56,692 nt of DNA, from the IMG/VR virus record IMGVR_UViG_3300020595_000045, positions 1-56,692 of that record, one strand, 5' to 3'. Both the position numbers and the translations under genes were made by a program. Positions 47,535-55,191 of this stretch are shown one piece after another (the first letter of the stretch is position 1; each line of letters starts with the position of its first letter). The notes beneath the pieces were generated by a model. That model did no database searches and was not told the origin of the DNA. It worked only from the letters and a program-made list of their open reading frames with translations. This stretch comes from a virus. Lineage: Duplodnaviria > Caudoviricetes.

Positions 47535-47748
47535 TATCTAGGTATATAAATACTGGTGAGCCTTCGAAAACAGTAGCCATCATTTTCGCTAAATATTTTT
47601 CAGCACTTTCTTCGGAGTAACCCTCCTGAACCACGAGCAAGAACGCCTTGTCATAGTCATAAGCTAGTACTTCGATGCCGTCACGTTCAGCCGTGCCGAT
47701 AATCGCAGCATCTAAACCTTGGATTGCTACTACCTCTATCTCTGACAT
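47482..47748 (-). CDS. Small conserved-type phage protein
   Basis: GLDAAIIG...AYDYDK...A..Y...G.PVF. Confidence 0.65.
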   Translation of the reverse strand: MSEIEVVAIQGLDAAIIGTAERDGIEVLAYDYDKAFLLVVQEGYSEESAEKYLAKMMATVFEGSPVFIYLDNDQEFYGSSTPAGTIVH

Positions 47749-47764
47749 ATTAGCTCCACTAATA
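47748..47764. promoter_or_regulatory. 17-bp operator overlapping the RBS/start at the head of the packaging operon
   Basis: TATTAG-ctcca-CTAATA. Confidence 0.75.
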
Positions 47765-47765
47765 C

Positions 47766-48230
47766 TTAATCACAAGAAAAATCGTGAATCGTCTTGATCC
47801 ACCAGTAAAACATGTCCTCAGGAAGGGTATGTTTCATTAAATTTATACGGTAACAGACTAACTGGGTGTTTAAGGGGGTATACCCTTTATCCGAGTTTAT
47901 ACGGTCTATGGAGGCATTATACTCTTTCGTCCCAGATCCGTCTTTATGATGCGTCAAGTATGTACCAGAAATTGCACATCGTCCGCCTTGCTCGCGCCAT
48001 AACGCGATCAGGTGCTCGGGGGTGATAGAGAACTCTAAGTCCTTCGATCTTTTACCGGCCTTGCACGTAGATTTTGCGCCGGAGTGTAGGTACCGCAGGT
48101 ACGCCTCGTAGGTGCTCGACATCGTTTTTTGCCGAGTCGTAGTTTTGCAGGAGGTGCAAATGTTGCGCTTTGGCTCGATATGAGTCTCGTCGCTTGTTTT
48201 TTTACACACTACGCACTGCCGAATTTCCAT
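47766..48230 (-). CDS. HNH-like endonuclease with Zn finger
   Basis: CxxC..CxxC; Q.GRCA.SG; SIDRI.S.KGY...N..LVC...N.MK; start reassigned to MEIRQC. Confidence 0.75.
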   Translation of the reverse strand: MEIRQCVVCKKTSDETHIEPKRNICTSCKTTTRQKTMSSTYEAYLRYLHSGAKSTCKAGKRSKDLEFSITPEHLIALWREQGGRCAISGTYLTHHKDGSGTKEYNASIDRINSDKGYTPLNTQLVCYRINLMKHTLPEDMFYWWIKTIHDFSCD

Positions 48231-48239
48231 GGGAAATAA

Positions 48240-48256
48240 TAATACCATTACTATTA
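48240..48256. promoter_or_regulatory. Variant 17-bp operator at the head of the late arm
   Basis: TAATAC-catta-CTATTA, same half-sites as 887-903. Confidence 0.6.
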
Positions 48257-48422
48257 ACCTATTGCTGGCTTTTTACCGTAGCGAAATTTTCAGAAAAAAA
48301 ATTTAAAAAATATTGTCTATATCACTCATCGACTATCTCCCCCCTAGCTAGTTCACCCACCCCCAACCCCGGATCGTAGACACGGAACCTTGTCCACGGT
48401 TCACGCTCAGGGACCCCTACGC

Positions 48423-48448
48423 AAAACGCTTACACGTTTTTCGGTCGG
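48423..48448 (+). promoter_or_regulatory. Hairpin-TCGGTCGG element, copy 1
   Basis: AAAACG-cttaca-CGTTTT; TACACG-N4-TCGGTCGG. Confidence 0.5.
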
Positions 48449-48491
48449 ATTCGTTTGTGTATTCAACAATCAAACGTTCGAGGAGAACAAA

Positions 48492-48707
48492 ATGAAGACA
48501 TTACTACCTACCAAGCAAGCCAAGAAATTCAGCAAGTTCCTGCCACATGTAAAGAAAGCCGCAGACTTCTGCAAAGAGAACTGGTCAGACATCGCTGTTG
48601 TTGCAGCAGTTGTACTGATCGCTGACGACGTCGACACAGCAGCCGAGATGGCTGAAGGATCGTTCTTCGTTGATGTATTAACAGCCCAATCTGAAGGAGT
48701 AATCTAA
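48492..48707 (+). CDS. Early hypothetical protein
   Basis: AGGAG RBS; start MKTLLPTK. Confidence 0.7.
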   Translation: MKTLLPTKQAKKFSKFLPHVKKAADFCKENWSDIAVVAAVVLIADDVDTAAEMAEGSFFVDVLTAQSEGVI

Positions 48708-48913
48708 TGAATGTATCTGATATGTTCGAACAACACTTCAACCCTGAGAAGTTCCAGGACAATCCACCACGAACCGCGACCTATGGTCGCGCTCCGCGCA
48801 CAACGAACGACGAAGCAGAGCTCAAGAAGATCGAGCAACAGTACCTACGCATGGGATTCGATGCTCGTGAAGCACGGTTCAAGGCTCGTCTCCATCACAC
48901 CATGAAGCTATAA
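48707..48913 (+). CDS. Early hypothetical protein
   Basis: AAGGAG RBS, TAATG coupling. Confidence 0.7.
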   Translation: MNVSDMFEQHFNPEKFQDNPPRTATYGRAPRTTNDEAELKKIEQQYLRMGFDAREARFKARLHHTMKL

Positions 48914-48925
48914 GGGAGAAAACCC

Positions 48926-49051
48926 ATGAAAAAGCTTAAACGTTCGAAGTTCACGGTCCACGAAGCGGACATCATCATCCTTGCAGCATGTTCCATGTTC
49001 GTGCTCATCATCCCCGTCACAGTGTTCGCGCTCTGGCTCGGCGCCCAATAA
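48926..49051 (+). CDS. 41-aa single-TM early protein (absent from the ORF track)
   Basis: GGGAG RBS; MKKLKRSKFTVHEADIIILAACSMFVLIIPVTVFALWLGAQ. Confidence 0.65.
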   Translation: MKKLKRSKFTVHEADIIILAACSMFVLIIPVTVFALWLGAQ

Positions 49052-49054
49052 AGT

Positions 49055-49357
49055 GTGTGTCAAGAACTCAAAATGTGTGTCAGGAACAAATCACGTTTTT
49101 GACACACACAATCTCCATATATATCAATGACTTACATCAATGTGTGTCAGGTGTGTCAGGTGTGTCAGCTTTTTTAAGTTGTATTTACAGTTTCTAAAAA
49201 ACACTGTTTTATTTTGTAAAAAGAACTTCAACTTGAAACTACCTGACACACTTGACACACATCTCTACAGCCCCCGCCATTCCTCACTTTCTTATCAAAA
49301 GTTCCTGACACACATGCTGACACACACCTGACACACAAGCCCCTGTTCCTGACACAC
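49055..49357. repeat. Iteron array, probable replication origin
   Basis: 12 copies of TGACACAC/GTGTGTCA converging on an AT-rich core (49168-49243); exact IHF consensus TATCAATGACTTA at 49122-49134. Confidence 0.75.
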
Positions 49358-49425
49358 ACCCACAAATCGTGAACAAATTAACCGCGAATCGTTGACCCAA
49401 ATGACAAACCACGGATCACGAGTAT

Positions 49426-49453
49426 CGATTCACGCTACGCGTTCATCGGTCGG
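49426..49453 (+). promoter_or_regulatory. Hairpin-TCGGTCGG element, copy 2
   Basis: CGATtcACGC-tac-GCGTtcATCG; TACGCG-N4-TCGGTCGG. Confidence 0.5.
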
Positions 49454-49529
49454 TTTTAACTATGAGTTCGACAATAAAGTCGGCTCATTATTATTAGTTG
49501 TAGTACTATTCCGTAGGAGGAATTGAACA

Positions 49530-49700
49530 ATGGATACATTAAACAAACCGCTAAACCTGAACAACGAGCACTGGGATTTATTCGCGACTAGTTTCGATGA
49601 ACATAATAGAGACTGGGAGAGCGATGAGTCGTTTTGTGCAGCAGACCTAGTCGACCCATCAACAATTAATGCCTTCGAGACACACATCTCAGCGAAGTAA
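49530..49700 (+). CDS. 56-aa acidic early protein (absent from the ORF track)
   Basis: AGGAGG RBS; MDTLNKPLNLNNEHWDLFATSFDEHNRDWESDESFC... Confidence 0.7.
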   Translation: MDTLNKPLNLNNEHWDLFATSFDEHNRDWESDESFCAADLVDPSTINAFETHISAK

Positions 49701-49714
49701 GGCAGTACACCCAA

Positions 49715-49756
49715 GCCGATTCGATATGCGTTACGCGCATATCGGTCGGTTTTTTT
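49715..49756 (+). terminator. Terminator-like hairpin containing TCGGTCGG element copy 3
   Basis: CGATATGCG-ttacg-CGCATATCG stem, then GTCGG and T7. Confidence 0.6.
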
Positions 49757-49803
49757 ATGACTTAGGCTATTAGGTCTAAGCACTTTTTGTCCCGGAGGAC
49801 GCT

Positions 49804-50484
49804 ATGAACAACTCAACATTTATCAACAACGTAGTAACAAACATGTCTAGCAACAAAAACCGTAACGGCGCTATCGCCAGTCTGGTTGACGCGGCAGACG
49901 CACCACTGGCCGCTAACCGTATTGCAATCGTCTGGGACCAGCTCGCCAAACAACGCAAGCAGGCCAAGATCGAGTCAGTACGCACCGGCGTACCAGCGCA
50001 GGAGATGACTGAAAAACCTGAGCACATGCTTTCATTCGTACAGAACGTGATGAACGCCTGTTGCTGGTCAGCTCGACGCGTAATCAACTCTGGCAAGCAG
50101 ACAGACATGGCAAACGGTCTCGACTTCTCGCAAGACGTAGCCGAGCAAGCAGGTAACATCGAGTCAGCACGCATCAAAGATGTAGAACTCACCTTGATGG
50201 ACGACTTCAGTATCCTCAACGAGCTACATACTTGGTTGTGCAGTGAGATGAATTACATGACGGACCTCGACCCACTGTTCCTGTTCGCAGAGAAAGAAGA
50301 AGTAGACGAGGGCATCTGGGAACTGAAGCACATGCTGATGGATCTCAACGACGTGCTCCCAGTACTCGACGAGAAAGTGCTCGAGATCACAGAAGAGTCC
50401 GAAGGCAAAGTCACACAATTTGCCGCCTCGCACGAATTCGGTGCCAAGCAGAAACCAAGAGCAGTGAAAAAGAAAGCTGCTTAA
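49804..50484 (+). CDS. Early hypothetical protein (acidic, basic C-terminal tail)
   Basis: GGAGG RBS; 226 aa; followed by a terminator. Confidence 0.8.
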   Translation: MNNSTFINNVVTNMSSNKNRNGAIASLVDAADAPLAANRIAIVWDQLAKQRKQAKIESVRTGVPAQEMTEKPEHMLSFVQNVMNACCWSARRVINSGKQTDMANGLDFSQDVAEQAGNIESARIKDVELTLMDDFSILNELHTWLCSEMNYMTDLDPLFLFAEKEEVDEGIWELKHMLMDLNDVLPVLDEKVLEITEESEGKVTQFAASHEFGAKQKPRAVKKKAA

Positions 50485-50503
50485 CACGTAGGATTTCCCC
50501 TAC

Positions 50504-50538
50504 ACCCATCCGATCCTTGTGGTCGGGTGGGTTTTTTT
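50504..50538 (+). terminator. Intrinsic terminator
   Basis: ACCCATCCGATC-cttgt-GGTCGGGTGGGT plus T-run. Confidence 0.8.
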
Positions 50539-50560
50539 ATATCCGCCATAGGAGCGAATC

Positions 50561-50719
50561 ATGAACCGCGAACAAATAACAACGAACATCAAACTTTATT
50601 CACTGCTCGGCATTGCCCAGGTATTTAACGGGCTAGACGTTACCTTCACCTGGTTATCTAGACGCTGCGCAGATGGATACATCTATATCTTCGCTTTGTC
50701 AGCCAAATACAGGAGATAA
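50561..50719 (+). CDS. 52-aa early protein (absent from the ORF track)
   Basis: AGGAG RBS; MNREQITTNIKLYSLLGIAQ... Confidence 0.6.
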   Translation: MNREQITTNIKLYSLLGIAQVFNGLDVTFTWLSRRCADGYIYIFALSAKYRR

Positions 50720-50721
50720 CC

Positions 50722-51033
50722 ATGAGCACTGTCCACGAAAAAGACTTCCCGTTCAACGAACTACGGATGCCGACTGGTGACTACTACGACAACCCCACGC
50801 AAATGATGCATGCGGGATTCGAGAAATCACAAATGTGGTCAGTAGTAACAGCCGACGCAGACGACGGTTCCGAATATCTCTGTTACGGACCGCGTCACCA
50901 TTACGTGAACCTGCTCGGTTACATAGCAACAGCAGAGCACCACGACGAAGATACATATTACAACGAATGTATCAAAACCGCCCAAGAAGCAGCTGAAGAA
51001 GCCGCTTATTACTGTAAAAAATGTGAGGACTAA
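50722..51033 (+). CDS. Acidic early hypothetical protein
   Basis: AGGAG RBS; WSVV..D......YGP.HHYVNLLGY. Confidence 0.75.
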   Translation: MSTVHEKDFPFNELRMPTGDYYDNPTQMMHAGFEKSQMWSVVTADADDGSEYLCYGPRHHYVNLLGYIATAEHHDEDTYYNECIKTAQEAAEEAAYYCKKCED

Positions 51034-51035
51034 CC

Positions 51036-51410
51036 ATGAAAACTGCAACTGCAAGCGGAACACGTTTCCGCGAAGGCCTAAAAAGAAGTGAATTCAATCA
51101 GACCCAATTAGCTGAAAAACTAAACATCCACTACACATCGATATACCAATGGACCAAGAAAGGCGTACCCCCACACCGTGTAGATGATATTGCAAAGCTT
51201 ATAGAAGTAGAGCCAAAAACAATCGTCCGTAAAAAATACTCGCGCAAACCATTTGTACTGCCGACAACTGCGACTGTTATTGAGCTTAAGCCCGAACCGC
51301 GACCCGTAAACGTCGAGCTACTAGCCGATGTAGTTAATCGGAACCTTTCGATCGAGCAGGAATGCGCACTGCAGTTCCTAATCAACAGCTTCAAAGAGGC
51401 CAACGCATGA
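51036..51410 (+). CDS. XRE/Cro-like HTH regulator
   Basis: NQTQLAEKLNIH.TSIYQW.K.GVP..R...IA.L. Confidence 0.8.
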   Translation: MKTATASGTRFREGLKRSEFNQTQLAEKLNIHYTSIYQWTKKGVPPHRVDDIAKLIEVEPKTIVRKKYSRKPFVLPTTATVIELKPEPRPVNVELLADVVNRNLSIEQECALQFLINSFKEANA

Positions 51411-51550
51411 ACTTAAAAGAATTTCTAAATTGGCTAGAAACCTGCCCAACCCACAAGTGGAATATAGTTGACCCAACCGACCAAAACAAAATACGAGTTA
51501 TGTTCCCAGTTGAAGAGGACGACCCGTATTACGACGGAGACCACGAATAA
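51407..51550 (+). CDS. 47-aa hypothetical protein
   Basis: GAGG RBS, ATGA coupling; MNLKEFLNWLETCPTHKW. Confidence 0.6.
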   Translation: MNLKEFLNWLETCPTHKWNIVDPTDQNKIRVMFPVEEDDPYYDGDHE

Positions 51551-51684
51551 TGAACCGTATGCCATGCAGCATTACCGACGACCCGTACAACGACTACTCA
51601 GATTACATCGAGCAAAAAGGTGTATACAAAACCCCTAACGAACAGGAGGAAGACCATGAGGACGATCAGACCGAGCGACCTTAG
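51550..51684 (+). CDS. 44-aa acidic peptide (absent from the ORF track)
   Basis: GGAG RBS, TAATG coupling; MNRMPCSITDDPYNDYSDY...EEDHEDD. Confidence 0.5.
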   Translation: MNRMPCSITDDPYNDYSDYIEQKGVYKTPNEQEEDHEDDQTERP

Positions 51685-52654
51685 TAGTGAAATCAAAGCC
51701 AACGCGCTAGCGCAAATACCAACAATGATCTGGGGAGCGCCAGGAGAAGGTAAATCAGAAATTGTTTACGGCGTTGCGCAGGAACTAAATGCAAAGTTAT
51801 TCGAAATACGTGCCAACCTATTCGACCCGGTCGACGTGCGCGGCGGACTTAAAGTTGTTGAACAAAAAGACGGCACATATCGTACCAAGTACGGCGTGCC
51901 TGAAGATTATCCAGACACCAACTACCAAGGTACTGTAATCATATTCATCGATGAGCTCAGTACCGCACCCAAAGCAACACAAAACTCGTTATTGCAGTTG
52001 CTTACTACGGGTCGAATCGGCACTTATCAGGTACCACCAAATACAATCTTCATAGCGGCAGGCAACCGGTCTCAAGATCGAGCGGCTGTGCACGAGATGC
52101 CAACACCTGTTAAGAACCGATTCTCACACTTTACATTACAAACAGATATTGACGACTGGGTAGCATGGGCCGTAAAAGCGAACATCGACCCAAGTATCGT
52201 GAGTTTTCTGCGTTACAGACCTGGCTTGCTAAGCGACGTCGATGCTACACAAAACGCTTTCCCAACGCCTCGCGCCTGGGATTACGTTAGCCGCAAGTTG
52301 CCATTCATGGCAGATCAGTTCTACGGCGTATCATCACTCGTAGGTGACGGAGCTGCAGGCGAATACCTTGCGTTCAAACAGATCTATCAAGATGTACCTG
52401 ACATCGACGATGTCATCGCAAAACCAACCACCACAAAAGTACCAACTGGCACATCAATACTCTACGCAATATGTGGCGCACTAACCGCCCGCGTTGATGC
52501 CAGCAACTTCGACTCGATCATGAAATACACCAAACGCATGCCACCTGAATACCAGGTAATCGTTGTACGCGACTCTTTGGCTAAAGATCGCAACTTTATG
52601 ACCACTGATACCTTTACTAAGTGGACCCAAGAAAACGCAGACGTACTTCTATAG
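51656..52654 (+). CDS. MoxR-family AAA+ ATPase
   Basis: IWGAPGEGKS, IIFIDEL, AAGNR, P..NRF.H, PTPRAW; AGGAGG RBS before MRTIRP. Confidence 0.88.
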   Translation: MRTIRPSDLSSEIKANALAQIPTMIWGAPGEGKSEIVYGVAQELNAKLFEIRANLFDPVDVRGGLKVVEQKDGTYRTKYGVPEDYPDTNYQGTVIIFIDELSTAPKATQNSLLQLLTTGRIGTYQVPPNTIFIAAGNRSQDRAAVHEMPTPVKNRFSHFTLQTDIDDWVAWAVKANIDPSIVSFLRYRPGLLSDVDATQNAFPTPRAWDYVSRKLPFMADQFYGVSSLVGDGAAGEYLAFKQIYQDVPDIDDVIAKPTTTKVPTGTSILYAICGALTARVDASNFDSIMKYTKRMPPEYQVIVVRDSLAKDRNFMTTDTFTKWTQENADVLL

Positions 52655-52663
52655 GAAACGACA

Positions 52664-52852
52664 ATGAAAAAATATCTACTAATTGCAACACTTCTCGCTG
52701 CAGCAGGCACCGCTTACGGCTCTTGCTGGTGGACAAAAATCTCCGAGCAAAAATACGCATCCGGCGACGTTGTCTGCCAATGGAAATGCGGATGGGGTAA
52801 CAACACTAAATATACAACCACTGCAGGAATGGGCTACTGCCCAAAACCTTAA
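52664..52852 (+). CDS. Small secreted Cys/Trp-rich peptide
   Basis: Signal peptide MKKYLLIATLLAAAGTAYG; mature part about 43 aa with 4 Cys. Confidence 0.7.
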   Translation: MKKYLLIATLLAAAGTAYGSCWWTKISEQKYASGDVVCQWKCGWGNNTKYTTTAGMGYCPKP

Positions 52853-52866
52853 TTAGGAGAACAATC

Positions 52867-53568
52867 ATGGCCTCAGTAAGAATGACCAATGAATTGCGTA
52901 ACGATATTCGCAAAGCCGCTGAAAGAGCTTACGAACTAGCTAACCCTGAACCAAAACCTAATAACGCTTACACAGCTGCTGTTAAACAAGCCGCCCTTAA
53001 TTCACCAGAACAGAAGTTTCTAAAGCGCATGTATACCGAAGGCCGCGCAGAGAATCTTCACCTTCGCAAAGGTAAAAATATATTACCTGAGAAAAACAAA
53101 GAAGATGTAACAGCTATCGATTTGCGCCTTAAAAATGGTCAAATAAACCATCGCGACTATAGCGAAACAACAGTGAAGTTCGACGTACCTTTATCTGAGT
53201 ACTGGGTAGCAGAACAAACATATAACCGCTGGGGTAACCCAAGCATGTATGTAAATGATCTTGCTACCGAAGATCAACACAACATCAGCGAAATGTTCCA
53301 AGCGTTCGAAATCACCAAAGACGAGTGGAAAACAGCGTCACGCAATTACAACTCGTCAATCAGAGAATTGCTTGAAAGCTGTACAACACTCAAACAACTT
53401 CTTGAAATCTGGCCTGCCGCAGAGTCCCTTGTACCAAACGACAGACTGCAAAAGATGCACACAAAAATCACCAGAGTAGAGCGCGCCAAACAAATCAAAG
53501 AAGAAGTCAACTTCGACCCAACTATCGCTAACCAAACAGTACTTACGGCTAAATTAATGGGGAACTAA
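52867..53568 (+). CDS. Nmad5-like protein (nucleotide-modification-associated domain 5)
   Basis: RMTNELR..I N-terminus and TTLKQLLE.WP.A..L.P C-terminal motif. Confidence 0.55.
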   Translation: MASVRMTNELRNDIRKAAERAYELANPEPKPNNAYTAAVKQAALNSPEQKFLKRMYTEGRAENLHLRKGKNILPEKNKEDVTAIDLRLKNGQINHRDYSETTVKFDVPLSEYWVAEQTYNRWGNPSMYVNDLATEDQHNISEMFQAFEITKDEWKTASRNYNSSIRELLESCTTLKQLLEIWPAAESLVPNDRLQKMHTKITRVERAKQIKEEVNFDPTIANQTVLTAKLMGN

Positions 53569-53569
53569 C

Positions 53570-53713
53570 ATGACTCGTGATGAACTGCTTATCCTCTACA
53601 GCTTAGCTTTAGCAACACGTCAAAACACAGACTTTGTGCAGACAGTAAATGCAGCAGAAAGTGCTGTCGATTATCTAATTAGTAAGTTAAAGGAGAAACC
53701 TGATGACTGCTGA
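53570..53713 (+). CDS. 47-aa hypothetical protein (absent from the ORF track)
   Basis: GGGGA RBS; MTRDELLILYSLALA...; fills the gap. Confidence 0.55.
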   Translation: MTRDELLILYSLALATRQNTDFVQTVNAAESAVDYLISKLKEKPDDC

Positions 53714-54803
53714 AAGTGACATGCTCAAAGCCCGTGCCCAACTATTAATGGAACAACCGTTCTTTGGTGCATTAGCACTCAAGCTCAAGCTAGTACAAGA
53801 CAACGACAACTGTGATACAGCCGCTACTGATGGTACGCGGCTTATCTACAACAGTGACTACATCTCTAAACTTACCTCAATGACTCGCAAAGGTCTCATT
53901 GCCCACGAAGTAATGCATTGTGTATGGAATCACATGACACGCCGTAACAATCGCGACCATAAAAAATGGAATATCGCGACAGACTACGCAATCAACCCAC
54001 ACTTAATTGACTGCGGTTTTGTATTGCCAGAAGGAGCTCTACTCAACAAAGACTATAACGACATGCACGCTGATGCTATCTACAACTTGCTCCCCGAAGG
54101 AGAAACTAAACCTTGCCCATGGGGCGAAGTTTTAGATGCAGGAGTCGGCCAAGTCCAGGCAGGCAGCAACGCTGCAATGGAATCTGATTGGCAGATTGCA
54201 GTTACGCAAGCCGCAGAAGTCGCAGCCAAAGCAGGTAAACTACCTGGAAGTATGATGAACTTTATCAAAGATATCATCGACCCAATTGTTGACTGGCGAT
54301 CAATACTATGGCCATTCTGCACAGCATTAGCCAACGACGACTACAGCTGGCGCAAACCGCACCGCGCATACATCAGCGAAGATGAATATTTACCATCAAT
54401 GCTTAGCGAAGCCGCAGGTCATATTGCAATCATTATCGACACATCAGGGTCCTGTTCAGATTACTGGCAACAGTTTTTGACTGAAATAAAAGCAATACAT
54501 GCAGAGTTACGCCCTACACAAATGACCATTCTCCATGTAGATACTAAAGTAGCTCACGTAGATGAAATAATGCCAGACGATGAGTTCCCAGATTCACCTA
54601 TAACAGGCGGCGGCGGTACAGCCTTCAGCCCCGCTTTTGATTACCTCAATGAACATCACCCCGACGTCGAAGCCGCAGTGTATCTTACAGACTTAGAAGC
54701 CCATGACTTCGGCGAGCAACCGGCTTACCCAGTACTATGGGTATCAACAACACGCCATGAAGCCCCCTGGGGAATGGTCGCCCGCATAACATTAGACAGT
54801 TAA
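53703..54803 (+). CDS. DUF2201-like metallopeptidase plus vWA-domain protein
   Basis: TAATDG...AHEVMH...WN.A.D.AIN; MIDAS DTSGS, GGGGT.F, YLTD. Confidence 0.85.
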   Translation: MTAESDMLKARAQLLMEQPFFGALALKLKLVQDNDNCDTAATDGTRLIYNSDYISKLTSMTRKGLIAHEVMHCVWNHMTRRNNRDHKKWNIATDYAINPHLIDCGFVLPEGALLNKDYNDMHADAIYNLLPEGETKPCPWGEVLDAGVGQVQAGSNAAMESDWQIAVTQAAEVAAKAGKLPGSMMNFIKDIIDPIVDWRSILWPFCTALANDDYSWRKPHRAYISEDEYLPSMLSEAAGHIAIIIDTSGSCSDYWQQFLTEIKAIHAELRPTQMTILHVDTKVAHVDEIMPDDEFPDSPITGGGGTAFSPAFDYLNEHHPDVEAAVYLTDLEAHDFGEQPAYPVLWVSTTRHEAPWGMVARITLDS

Positions 54804-54835
54804 ATACTTGAGCTAATATAATAGCCCTGATACTA
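54793..54835 (+). promoter_or_regulatory. sigma70-like promoter with variant operators
   Basis: TAGACA-N18-TATAAT; AAATAC-ttgag-CTAATA (54802-54818) and TAATAG-ccctg-ATACTA. Confidence 0.6.
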
Positions 54836-54856
54836 TTTCGCTCTTACTAGGAGAGT

Positions 54857-55171
54857 ATGATGAGTATAAACAACGCAACCCCAGCCGAATGGGATGCCGC
54901 AAGGCGCCCAACCACTACAAGCAACTATGTAGATCCCTACGATAAGCCTCCCGAAGATCCAGTTAACAGACCTTCTCATTACAATGAAGGCAGCATTGAG
55001 TGCATTGAATACCTAAAAGACAGTTTAGGCGATGGATTCAGCGGATACCTTGAAGGCTCAATCAAAAAATACCTTCACAGGTTCCGGTATAAGAAAAAAC
55101 CTGTAGAAGACCTCCGCAAAGCCAAGTGGTACCTCGAAAAATTAATTGAGGAGCGAGTCACTAATCCATAA
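54857..55171 (+). CDS. DUF3310-family protein (putative nucleotide kinase-like)
   Basis: DPVN.PSHY..G.IECI...KY..R...K...EDL.KA.WYL. Confidence 0.85.
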   Translation: MMSINNATPAEWDAARRPTTTSNYVDPYDKPPEDPVNRPSHYNEGSIECIEYLKDSLGDGFSGYLEGSIKKYLHRFRYKKKPVEDLRKAKWYLEKLIEERVTNP

Positions 55172-55191
55172 CAACCACCTAGGAGGGTGCC

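Noticed and set aside
48988-49331. ORFs 48988..49197 and 49140..49331
   Set aside because: Translations of the iteron repeats with no RBS
49055-49357. CRISPR array
   Set aside because: Repeats are only 8-9 bp, irregularly spaced and in both orientations, with no spacer structure
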